A stretch of DNA of 29,000 bases from Candidatus Bathyarchaeia archaeon (lineage in GTDB: Archaea; Thermoproteota; Bathyarchaeia; Bathyarchaeales; Bathycorpusculaceae): assembly GCA_035288165.1 (NCBI GenBank), contig DATEAU010000193.1, forward strand, positions 1-29,000, read 5' to 3'. Under the pieces are notes generated by a model. It was not told the DNA's origin and did not search any database. It saw only the letters and a program-made list of their open reading frames with translations. The position numbers and the translations under genes were made by a program. Below are positions 16,775-25,485 of this stretch, one piece after another. Position 1 is the stretch's first letter; each line of letters opens with the position of its first letter.

Positions 16775-18009
16775 TAGAGCTTTTCAATCTCCTTTAGGAC
16801 TTCGATGAAGCGGTCGATTTCTTCGCGTGTGTTGTAGATGTAGAAGCTTGCTCTGGCGGAAGACTGCAGTTTGAAGACTTGGTGCAGAGGCTGTGCGCAG
16901 TGGAAGCCGCTGCGTATCATTATGCCATAGTTGTCGCAGAACAGCGCGACGTCGTGTGACGATAGGCCTTGGACGCTGAACGGGATGATTCCGCACTTCA
17001 ACGCGGTGTCTGTGGGTCCGTGAAGTGTGACTTTGCTGCATTCTTGCATTCGCTTAATCGCGTAGTTGGTCAGGAAGCATTCGTGTCCTTGGACCTGGTC
17101 CATTCCGATTCTTTGCAGGTACTTTACAGCTTCGCTTAAGGCGATGGCGCCGCAGATGTTTGGCGTTCCAGCCTCAAACTTCCAGGGAGGATCGTTAAGG
17201 CTTATGTCGCATTGCTCTTTTGCACCGCTGAAGGAGACTTCTTTTATCATTTCTCCGCCGCCCTGGAACGGGTCCATCTTTTCGAGGAGCGTTTTCTTGG
17301 CGTAGAGTACGCCTATGCCGGTTGGTCCGAGCATTTTGTGTCCAGAGAAAGCTAGAAAATCCGCGTCCAAGTCTCTTACATCTATGGGCATGTGCGGGAC
17401 TGATTGTGCGCCATCCACGAGCATCAATGCGTCGTGTTCGTGGGCTACTTTGGCGATACGTTTGACGCTGTTGATTACGCCGCTGACGTTTGAAACATGG
17501 CTTAGGCAGGCGATTTTTGTTTTGTTTGTGAATTTGCCCTCAAAGTCTTCGTAGTTGAGGGTGCCGTCGGGGTTTACTTTCGCGTATTTTATGGTGAAGC
17601 CGTTTATTTTTGAAATGATTTCCCAGGGGACGATGTTGCTATGGTGCTCCATCAGTGAGACTAGGACTTCGTCGCCCCGTTTGAGGTTGCGGAGTCCCCA
17701 TGAGTAGGCTACGAGGTTTATGGCTTCTGTGGTGCTTCTGACGAAAATGATTTCGGCTGAGTCTTTGGCGTTTATGAATTTGGCGATTCTTTCTCTGGCG
17801 GTTTCGTACATGTCTGTGGCTTCAAGCGACAGCGTGTGCACTGCCCGGTGGATATTGGCGTTGTGGTTTTCGTAAAACTCGCTTATGGCTTCGATGACTT
17901 GTCTGGGTTTCTGGGTAGTGGCTGCGTTATCAAAGTAGATTAACGGGTTGTCGTTTATTTTTCGTTTAAAGATGGGGAAGTCTTCGCGAATCCTGCGGGG
18001 ATCTAGGAT
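16774..18009 (-). CDS. sufS: Group II cysteine desulfurase SufS
   Basis: IREDFPIF…LIYFDNAATTQKP (hand-translated upstream of the ORF-track start), MEHHSNIVPW, DGAQS, FSGHKMLGP, EAGTP, RSGFHCAQP and ARASF. About 411 aa if translation starts at ATC 18009. Confidence 0.93.
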   Translation of the reverse strand: MLDPRRIREDFPIFKRKINDNPLIYFDNAATTQKPRQVIEAISEFYENHNANIHRAVHTLSLEATDMYETARERIAKFINAKDSAEIIFVRSTTEAINLVAYSWGLRNLKRGDEVLVSLMEHHSNIVPWEIISKINGFTIKYAKVNPDGTLNYEDFEGKFTNKTKIACLSHVSNVSGVINSVKRIAKVAHEHDALMLVDGAQSVPHMPIDVRDLDADFLAFSGHKMLGPTGIGVLYAKKTLLEKMDPFQGGGEMIKEVSFSGAKEQCDISLNDPPWKFEAGTPNICGAIALSEAVKYLQRIGMDQVQGHECFLTNYAIKRMQECSKVTLHGPTDTALKCGIIPFSVQGLSSHDVALFCDNYGIMIRSGFHCAQPLHQVFKLQSSARASFYIYNTREEIDRFIEVLKEIEKL

Positions 18010-18512
18010 TGTTTTTCCTCCGCTCCCTTCAGCCTTTTAGATAGGGTTTTGGCTAGTTCTTCCTCTTCTATCGCCTGCTTTTCTTCGAAAGTCAGTTCTT
18101 TGGGAATCCAGTCTGGAGTGTTGCCTCGGTCTGTGAAGTATTTTCTGATTGCTCGTTTTACGGCGCCTACGGCGAGGATGCCGCAGTGGAATTTGACGCT
18201 GGGTAAGCCGCCGACTTCTTCGGTTACTTTTTTCCAGGTTACGTCTTTCCAGGCGGTTTCGAGGCTTAAGCCTTTGATCATTTCGGTGACGATGCTGGCT
18301 GTGGCTATGTTAGCGGCGCATCCGTAGCTTTCGAAGGTGGCTTTCTCGATGATTTGTTGGTCGGTGATTTTCATGTAGAAGGTTATCATGTCTCCGCAGG
18401 CGGGGTTTCCTGCTACTGCCACTACGCTTGCGTCTTCCATTTTTCCCTGGTTTTTCGGGTTTCTGAATAGGTCTAGGACTTTTTGGGTGTAGGGTAAGGG
18501 TACTCGTGACAT
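18003..18512 (-). CDS. iscU: IscU/NifU-type Fe-S scaffold protein
   Basis: Three conserved Cys in ACGDM, GCAA and KFHC (the KxHC motif is IscU-like rather than SufU-like). N-terminal YTQKVLDLFRNPKN and a charged C-terminal tail. Confidence 0.9.
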   Translation of the reverse strand: MSRVPLPYTQKVLDLFRNPKNQGKMEDASVVAVAGNPACGDMITFYMKITDQQIIEKATFESYGCAANIATASIVTEMIKGLSLETAWKDVTWKKVTEEVGGLPSVKFHCGILAVGAVKRAIRKYFTDRGNTPDWIPKELTFEEKQAIEEEELAKTLSKRLKGAEEKQS

Positions 18513-18514
18513 TT

Positions 18515-19738
18515 TTAATCAACTCCTGTTGAGCCGACTATTCCTCTTATTCGGTTCACTGCTTTAGGAAGCACTCCTAAGACATAAGTTATATCCTCTT
18601 CTGTCATGAAGCGGGTGGTTTTCATGAGGATGCTACCGTGGGCTTCGCTGAATTTTCTGCCGATGGCGACGAGGACGTGGCTGGGTTGGAGGAGTCTTCG
18701 GCTGCAGGCGCTGCCGCTGGACACGTATATTCCGCTGAGGCTGAGTTCGATGGTTAAGGCTTCGCCTTCAGCGCGGAGGAAGCTTATGTTAGCGTTGTCT
18801 GGCGAGCGTTTTTCGCCAGTTGCACCGTTGAGTTTTACGTCTATGAGCCCTTTGAATATGCCGCCCACGAGCTTGTCTCGCAGGGAGCGCATGCGGTTCG
18901 CGTTCGCCTCGAAGTCTTGGAATGCCATTTCGGAGGCTTTTGTGAAGCCGACGATGAGCGGCGTGTTCTCGACGCCTGGCCACAGCTTTTGCGTGCCAAT
19001 TTGCCCTTCAAGGATTTTCTCGACGTTTACGCCTTCCCTGATGTAGAGGGCTCCGATTCCGCGGGGACCGAGAATTTTGAAGCTGCTCACGGTCGCCATG
19101 TCCACTTTTAAGTCTTGAACGTTAACGGGGATTCTGCCGTATGCGTCTGAAGCGTCCGTGTGAAAAATGACGCTGGGGTTTTTGTCTTTGACGATGTCTA
19201 CTGCTTCCTTGATGGGTTGGATTGTTCCGAGTTCGTTGTTTACGATTTGCACGCTCACAAGAACTGTCTGTGTGTCGACAGCTTCCTTGAGCTTCTCTAA
19301 GTCGATTGTGCCTTCCGTGTTCACGGGAACTTTGGTTGTCGTGAAACCGTATTTTTGTAGCAGTTCCGCGACATGTAGCACGTTGATGGGTTCGATTTCT
19401 GAAATTACGATTTTGTTGCCTTTCGATTTGTTCGCAAATGCTGCACCCATGAGCGCGAGGTTGTTGGCTTCAGTTTCTCCAGGCGTGAACGTCAGTTCTT
19501 CAAGGATTTTGGCGCCCATGAACTTGCTGATTTTCTGGAACGACCCCATTATGACCTCGAACGCTTCCCACCCGGGCTTATGCGTCAACGTCGGGTTGCC
19601 GTAAGCTTTCTTGCTGAAGTAAGGCAGCATGGCGTCGACGACTTCTTGGGGAACCATGGTGCTGTTTTCGTTGTCGAGGTAGACTTCGTGGGTTATGCCT
19701 TCGTGGGCTTTGAGGAGTTCTTTTACGTTTTCAACCAA
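18515..19738 (-). CDS. IscS/NifS-like (group I) PLP-fold protein with a degenerate active site
   Basis: YLDN, GNP, TEANNLA, VNNELGTIQP, FHTDA, K-ILGPRGIGAL and VSSGSACS are present. The conserved His, Gln, His, Thr and Arg positions are substituted. Start is TTG 19738 or GTG 19828. Confidence 0.88.
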   Translation of the reverse strand: MVENVKELLKAHEGITHEVYLDNENSTMVPQEVVDAMLPYFSKKAYGNPTLTHKPGWEAFEVIMGSFQKISKFMGAKILEELTFTPGETEANNLALMGAAFANKSKGNKIVISEIEPINVLHVAELLQKYGFTTTKVPVNTEGTIDLEKLKEAVDTQTVLVSVQIVNNELGTIQPIKEAVDIVKDKNPSVIFHTDASDAYGRIPVNVQDLKVDMATVSSFKILGPRGIGALYIREGVNVEKILEGQIGTQKLWPGVENTPLIVGFTKASEMAFQDFEANANRMRSLRDKLVGGIFKGLIDVKLNGATGEKRSPDNANISFLRAEGEALTIELSLSGIYVSSGSACSRRLLQPSHVLVAIGRKFSEAHGSILMKTTRFMTEEDITYVLGVLPKAVNRIRGIVGSTGVD

Positions 19739-19877
19739 ACAAACCACAACCTTTCTATGAGGAATAGATAACTCGTCTGCAGCTAGTATTGCAACTTCGG
19801 GTAGAAAAACGTAACCATAGAAATCCACTGTTACTCATTTTGATAAGCTATACGCTAAGGTCTATTTTTGTAGATCA

Positions 19878-20060
19878 TCAGAGAAAGATAATGCTGTGGG
19901 TCATTAAGATTGAAATGAGAATTCCCAGCACTGTCGTTGCTATTGGAATTACAGCTTCGTAAAGACCCAATTTACGACGCACTAACTCCCGCCGCACCAA
20001 ACAATCTAACATCAAAAACCAGCAATCAACGCGATTAACACTATAAGTCAGCGTTCTCAT
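19878..20060 (-). CDS. Possible small membrane protein upstream of the Fe-S operon
   Basis: 60 aa ORF filling an otherwise empty gap. A basic segment is followed by one hydrophobic helix (AVIPIATTVLGILISILM). No family recognised. Confidence 0.3.
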   Translation of the reverse strand: MRTLTYSVNRVDCWFLMLDCLVRRELVRRKLGLYEAVIPIATTVLGILISILMTHSIIFL

Positions 20061-20066
20061 AATGAT

Positions 20067-20084
20067 TTTTCAGATAGCTGAAAA
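20067..20084. promoter_or_regulatory. Perfect inverted repeat TTTTCAG-ATAG-CTGAAAA upstream of hel308
   Basis: 7-bp arms with a 4-nt spacer, ending 12 nt before the GTG at 20097 and downstream of a TATAA at about 20042. Confidence 0.35.
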
Positions 20085-20096
20085 GACGGGTTTCGA

Positions 20097-22334
20097 GTGA
20101 AAGTAACCGATTTACCAATTCCTGAACAACTCAAAGAAGTCACATTACGAAGTGGCATCGCTGAGTTGTATCCTCCTCAGGAAGAAGCCGTGAACGCTGG
20201 TGTTCTCGACTGCAAAAATCTTGTCTTAGCCAGCCCAACCGCGTCAGGGAAAACCCTCATCGCCGAACTCGCAGGACTTAAACATGTTCTGGAACGCAAC
20301 GGCAAAGTCATCTACCTCACACCGTTAAGAGCGTTGGCGAACGAGAAATTCGACGAATTCAAAAAATACACCTCAATCAGGAAAAAAGACGGCAGACGCG
20401 TCACAGTCGGCATCAGTACAGGCGACTTCGACAGCAACGACCCATGGCTCCAACGAAACGACATCATAGTCACCACCAACGAGAAAGCCGATTCGCTACT
20501 TAGGCACAGAGCCAAATGGATGGAAGAAATCACCCTCGTAGTCGCTGACGAAGTCCACCTACTAAACGAAGCCGAAAGAGGACCCACACTCGAAGTCGTT
20601 TTAGCAAGACTCATGCAAGTCAGCCCAGAAACCCAAATCCTCGCATTAAGCGCCACCATAAACAACGTCGACGAAATCGCAGACTGGCTCAAAGCACAAT
20701 ACGTAGTCACAGAATGGCGACCAGTCGCGCTGAAAGAAGGCGTACTCCTCAACGACGAAATCCAGTACAAAGACGGCGACGCGAGAAAAATCGAGAAAAA
20801 AACGCGACACCCAGCCGTAAACCTTGTCCTAAACACCATCAAAAACGGCGGACAAGCACTAGTTTTCGCCTCAACACGGAAAAACTCCGCCCGCGCAGCC
20901 AAACAAATAGCCGAACACACAAGCGAAGTCCTCTCCAGACCCATAAAACGCACTTTGGAACACGAAGCCGAACGCATCCTCTCCACAGGCGAAAGAACAC
21001 GCATCAGCGAAAACCTAGCCGACCTCGTCAAATGCGGAACAGCATTCCACCACGCAGGACTAGCAGGCGCACACCGAAAACTAATCGAAGACCTCTTCAA
21101 ACAAGGAAAACTTAAAGTCCTCGCCGCCACACCCACACTTGCCTTCGGCGTCAACCTCCCAGCACGCACCGTCGTCATCCAAGACTACAGACGCTTTGAA
21201 GCAGGATACGGATACTACCCCATACCAGTCTTAGACTACAAGCAAATGGCAGGAAGAGCAGGAAGACCAAAATACGACAAAACAGGCGAAGCCATCCTCA
21301 TCACCAAAACCAGCGACGAAGCAGACTACCTCATGGACAGCTACATCCTCGCCAAACCCGAACGCATCTGGTCACGCCTAGCCGTAGAAAAAATAATCAG
21401 AGGACACGTACTCGCAACCGTAGCCTCAGACTTCGCCAAAACAGAAAACGGCGTCATGGAATTCTTCAGCAAAACCTTCTACGCCCACCAATACGACATC
21501 AAAGCCATCCGAAGCCTCATAGCAAAAATCCTCAAATACCTCTACGACGAAAAAATGCTCTGCATCGATGGACAGAATATTCTCGCCACCAAATTCGGCA
21601 AAAGAGTAAGCGAACTCTACATCGACCCAGCCTCAGCCGTCACAATCCGCGACGCCCTCCAAAACAAACCCATCACACTCACAAACCTAAGCATACTCCA
21701 CATGATCGCGCACACTCCAGACATGGGACCCATAATGCGACCCTACGCACAAGAACTGAACGAAATGGCGATAGCCATGGAAGAACACCGCGAAGAATTC
21801 TACATCGAAGTTCCAAACGAATGGGGTGACCGCATTGGCTACGAAGAATTCCTGGGCGAAGTCAAAACCGCACTTGTACTTAACAGCTGGATCGAAGAAA
21901 CAACCGAAGACAAACTTATCGAACGGTTCAGAGTTCAGCCTGGCGACTTGTTCAGAGTTATAGAGAACGCGAAGTGGCTGCTCCACGCAACCCACGAGTT
22001 AGCAAAGCTCCTCAGAAACAAGGAGATTCTGCCCTTAACAACCGAGTTGATTAAACGAGTGTCGAAGGGAATCAAGAAGGAACTTCTGCCTATCGTGAAA
22101 CTGGAAGGAATCGGCAGAGCCAGGGGACGCATAATTTTCAACGCAGGATACAAAACCATCGAAGACATTAGGCATGCAACGCTTGAGGAGCTGACGAACC
22201 TACCGCTGTTCGGACCAAGAGTTGCAAAGAAAATTAAGGAGCAAGTCGGAGGATTCGTAAAGAAAGACGAATGGGACAAACTGGAAAAAGTCCACGAATG
22301 GAAACAGAAGGCGCTCACGGAATTCGAAGGCTAA
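20097..22334 (+). CDS. hel308: ATP-dependent DNA helicase Hel308/Hjm (Ski2-like SF2)
   Basis: 745 aa. SPTASGKT, DEVH, LSAT, FHHAGL, ATPTLAFGVNLP, QMAGRAGRP, winged-helix/ratchet region and C-terminal HhH (LEGIGRARGR). Confidence 0.95.
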   Translation: MKVTDLPIPEQLKEVTLRSGIAELYPPQEEAVNAGVLDCKNLVLASPTASGKTLIAELAGLKHVLERNGKVIYLTPLRALANEKFDEFKKYTSIRKKDGRRVTVGISTGDFDSNDPWLQRNDIIVTTNEKADSLLRHRAKWMEEITLVVADEVHLLNEAERGPTLEVVLARLMQVSPETQILALSATINNVDEIADWLKAQYVVTEWRPVALKEGVLLNDEIQYKDGDARKIEKKTRHPAVNLVLNTIKNGGQALVFASTRKNSARAAKQIAEHTSEVLSRPIKRTLEHEAERILSTGERTRISENLADLVKCGTAFHHAGLAGAHRKLIEDLFKQGKLKVLAATPTLAFGVNLPARTVVIQDYRRFEAGYGYYPIPVLDYKQMAGRAGRPKYDKTGEAILITKTSDEADYLMDSYILAKPERIWSRLAVEKIIRGHVLATVASDFAKTENGVMEFFSKTFYAHQYDIKAIRSLIAKILKYLYDEKMLCIDGQNILATKFGKRVSELYIDPASAVTIRDALQNKPITLTNLSILHMIAHTPDMGPIMRPYAQELNEMAIAMEEHREEFYIEVPNEWGDRIGYEEFLGEVKTALVLNSWIEETTEDKLIERFRVQPGDLFRVIENAKWLLHATHELAKLLRNKEILPLTTELIKRVSKGIKKELLPIVKLEGIGRARGRIIFNAGYKTIEDIRHATLEELTNLPLFGPRVAKKIKEQVGGFVKKDEWDKLEKVHEWKQKALTEFEG

Positions 22335-23665
22335 TCCTGCGCGAACAACTCCGCCTGCTTAACAGCCGTGCCAAGATAATTCTTCGGGTCTAAAGCAGAA
22401 TCAATCTCTTTCTCGCTAAGTTTAGAGGAAACCAGCTTGTCTTGCAAGAGGATTTCTCTGAAATTTCGTTTTCCAACTTCACTTTTTATCGTCAACTTCC
22501 TGAGCAATTCATGCGCTTCTTGACGGTTAACGCCTTTCTTTACCAGAGCCATCATTACGGCTTCGGACATGGCACGACCCTGAGTGAGATTAGTGTTCTG
22601 CAGCATCTTCTGCTCGTCAACCCGCAAGTTGCACAAGATGTTAGTCATCAACTCTAGCAAGTAGTCAACGAGAATACATGCTTCTGGAAAGATGAAACGC
22701 TCAGCCGAAGACTGAGTTAAATCCCTCTCGTGCCAAGTCACAACGTTCTCTAATGCTGGAACAGCCAAGCTTCGAACAATGCGCGATAGACCGCAAACGC
22801 GTTCACACGTTTCAGGGTTTCGTTTATGAGGCATGGTGGAGCTGCCAACCTGCTTCTCAGCCTCAAAAGACTCGGAAAGCTCCCCAATCTCTGGACGCTG
22901 CAACTCACGAATTTCCGTAGCAAAATTCTCCAGCGAACTTGAAATCAAAGCGAATAGGCAGATTAGCTCGGCGTAACGGTCGCGCTGCACGATTTGCGTG
23001 CTAATCTCCGCTGCACGAAGGTCAAGCCGCTTCATAACCAGCTCTTGGATGCACATTGCGTGCTCGCCCAAGCCAGCCTGAGTACCAACTGCCCCGCTAA
23101 CCTTCCCAACCAGAACTCGTTCCTTGCAATCGCGCAGCCTCTGGATATGACGAGAAATTTCACAGGCCCAAACCGCAAACTTGAAACCCAAGGTAATCGG
23201 CAACGCGTGTTGACCATGAGTTCGCCCCATCATAACTGTGCCCTTGTACTTTCCAGTTTTCTCCTGTAGAACGCGTCTTAGACAGGCTAGTTTTTTTTCG
23301 ATAATTTCCACGGCATCCTTCAACTGCAACGCGTTAGCCGTGTCAACGATATCGTAGCTCGTGGCACCCAGATGCACGTAAGCACCGCTTGACCCGCACG
23401 CGTCGGATAAAGCGCGCACCAAGGCTGCAACGTCGTGTTTGATTTCTTTTTCGATTGCTTTCACTCGGGCTATTTTCACGTATCTCAAGGAGGACATGCG
23501 CACGATTTTTTCAGCGTCCTTTCGTGGTATATTGCCCACTTCGGCGTGTGCCCACGCTAATGCGGCTTCAACGTCAAGCATCTTCTGAAGGCGTGTTTCT
23601 TCCTCGAAGACTTCAAGCATCGCATCTGTCCCGTATCTTCCTGTGTCTATGGGTAGAATCGGCAA
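22331..23665 (-). CDS. purB: Adenylosuccinate lyase
   Basis: 444 aa. KHDVAA, HLGATSYD, GRTHGQHA, GAVGT and signature SSTMPHKRNP. TTG start. The stop overlaps the hel308 stop. Confidence 0.95.
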   Translation of the reverse strand: MPILPIDTGRYGTDAMLEVFEEETRLQKMLDVEAALAWAHAEVGNIPRKDAEKIVRMSSLRYVKIARVKAIEKEIKHDVAALVRALSDACGSSGAYVHLGATSYDIVDTANALQLKDAVEIIEKKLACLRRVLQEKTGKYKGTVMMGRTHGQHALPITLGFKFAVWACEISRHIQRLRDCKERVLVGKVSGAVGTQAGLGEHAMCIQELVMKRLDLRAAEISTQIVQRDRYAELICLFALISSSLENFATEIRELQRPEIGELSESFEAEKQVGSSTMPHKRNPETCERVCGLSRIVRSLAVPALENVVTWHERDLTQSSAERFIFPEACILVDYLLELMTNILCNLRVDEQKMLQNTNLTQGRAMSEAVMMALVKKGVNRQEAHELLRKLTIKSEVGKRNFREILLQDKLVSSKLSEKEIDSALDPKNYLGTAVKQAELFAQD

Positions 23666-23753
23666 TTCGTTAACCTCGACAGAAGGTTAGGCAGATTAAA
23701 GATTAATGTTTTGCCAATGCAATACCAATAGATATGATGCAAGGAGCTCTGAA

Positions 23754-25202
23754 ATGAGAATCACAATTGCAGTGTTGGACAAAAAAGGCGACGAAGCACC
23801 AAAAGCAGCCCTGGCAGCGCTCAAGTTGTTGCAGGTGGAGAAAGCGGGGTGTTTCGGCATAGCATCACCATCAATATTCATGATGGAAAAGGACGTTTCT
23901 CGCTTACAGAACAAAGATATGCACTCGCCAGTAACCATCGCCAGTGTTTTCTCAGAACCGCCCCTACAGGATTCAATTCAATTAATGAAGAATGAACACG
24001 TAGCGTTTGCTTTTGAAGGAAGAATATACTCACCGAACGCACGAACACTATTTGCTGAGAACATATCCAAGAAACCCCAAATAGAGCGCGAGAAAGCGAT
24101 TGAATCGTTGCTTGAGAAAGCTGAAGGCGATTTTTCCCTTGTGATAGCCGAACCTGACCGAATCCTAGCCGCAAGAGACCCAGTGGGCGTTCAACCACTT
24201 TACTACGGAGAGAACGATGTTCACGCGGCGCTTGGCTCTAACCGGAAAATCCTTTGGAAACTCGGAATCGAAAAACCATGTTCATTCCCGCCAGGGCATA
24301 TTGCCGTGGTTAGTAGAGAAGGATTCAAATTTAGACCCGTCAAAACTCTTGCTTACGAAAAGCCGAAGCCAACAACGATGGAGGACGCTGCCGAGACTCT
24401 GCAAGGGTTACTGGAACGCTCGGTTCGCTTGCGTGTTCGGGACGTGAAGGAAGCCGCGGTGGCGTTCTCTGGAGGATTAGATAGCAGTTTGGTTGCGTTT
24501 CTAGCGAATAAATGCCGAGTAAATGTTCATCTTGTCCATGTGAGCTTGACGAACCAGGCTGAAACTGAAGAGGCTAAGAGGGCAGCTGAGGAACTGAAAT
24601 TGCCTTTGAGTGTGCATCTGTTCAACGAAGAAGATGTGGCGAAAGTTGTCGCCGAAGTTGTTGAGCTGATTGAGGAGCCTGACCCTGTCAAGGTAGCCGT
24701 TGGCATACCGTTTTACTGGACGGCGGAGAAAACGGCGGAAGCAGGCTTCAGAGTGCTTTTGGCGGGGCAGGGCGCTGACGAACTTTTCGGTGGTTACCAA
24801 CGCTACCTTAATGAATACTGCTTGTCTGGTGAGGAAAAAACGAGAAGGACCATGTTTGCCGATGTCACGAGCATTCACGAAAGCAATATCGAGAGGGACA
24901 AGAAGATCTGCGGTTTTCATGGCGTGGAACTGCGTTTGCCTTTCGCATCTTACCAAGTTGCAGACTACGCTGAGAGCTTACCCTTGGAGTTGAAGATTGA
25001 CAGAGAATTGACTTCGCTTCGAAAACTTGTTTTGAGAAAAGTCGCTGAGAACATGGGGTTACCGGCCTCGATTGTGATGAAGCGTAAGAAAGCTGTTCAA
25101 TATTCGACAGGAGTAAATGACGCTCTAAAGAAACTGGCTAAGAAGCGAAAGATTTCCGTAAAGGATTACATGAAACAAAACGAAATCCATGAAAAGGAAT
25201 GA
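23754..25202 (+). CDS. asnB: Asparagine synthetase B-like amidotransferase with a degenerate glutaminase domain
   Basis: ARDPVGVQPLYY, AFSGGLDSS, GQGADELFGGY, VELRLPF and KKAVQY are present. There is no N-terminal catalytic Cys. Confidence 0.82.
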   Translation: MRITIAVLDKKGDEAPKAALAALKLLQVEKAGCFGIASPSIFMMEKDVSRLQNKDMHSPVTIASVFSEPPLQDSIQLMKNEHVAFAFEGRIYSPNARTLFAENISKKPQIEREKAIESLLEKAEGDFSLVIAEPDRILAARDPVGVQPLYYGENDVHAALGSNRKILWKLGIEKPCSFPPGHIAVVSREGFKFRPVKTLAYEKPKPTTMEDAAETLQGLLERSVRLRVRDVKEAAVAFSGGLDSSLVAFLANKCRVNVHLVHVSLTNQAETEEAKRAAEELKLPLSVHLFNEEDVAKVVAEVVELIEEPDPVKVAVGIPFYWTAEKTAEAGFRVLLAGQGADELFGGYQRYLNEYCLSGEEKTRRTMFADVTSIHESNIERDKKICGFHGVELRLPFASYQVADYAESLPLELKIDRELTSLRKLVLRKVAENMGLPASIVMKRKKAVQYSTGVNDALKKLAKKRKISVKDYMKQNEIHEKE

Positions 25203-25284
25203 AAGAAGGAAAAAAATCCAAAGATACTTCTCTTGAGAAGAACGCGCAAGCTGCGATTAAATCAATAACTTACGAAGCGGAATC

Positions 25285-25467
25285 TTACTCAATGACTTGG
25301 ATTGCGCCTGTGGGACATTGGCATTCGCATGCTCTGCAGACGAGACATTCTTCAACTTTGGCTGCTGAAGATTTTCCGCTTTTAACTTCGTAGACGCCTA
25401 CTGGACATGTGTTTACGCAGGTTTCGCATCCGTTGCATTTTTCGGTATCCACTACAATTTTTATCAT
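25285..25467 (-). CDS. 2x[4Fe-4S] ferredoxin
   Basis: 60 aa with two CxxCxxCxxxCP motifs (CNGCETCVNTCP and CLVCRACECQCP). Confidence 0.93.
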   Translation of the reverse strand: MIKIVVDTEKCNGCETCVNTCPVGVYEVKSGKSSAAKVEECLVCRACECQCPTGAIQVIE

Positions 25468-25485
25468 GTTTATTCCTCTATTATT

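Noticed and set aside
20312-21178. 288-aa antisense ORF inside hel308
   Set aside because: Shadow ORF produced by the T-poor codon usage of hel308. It has no recognisable motifs.
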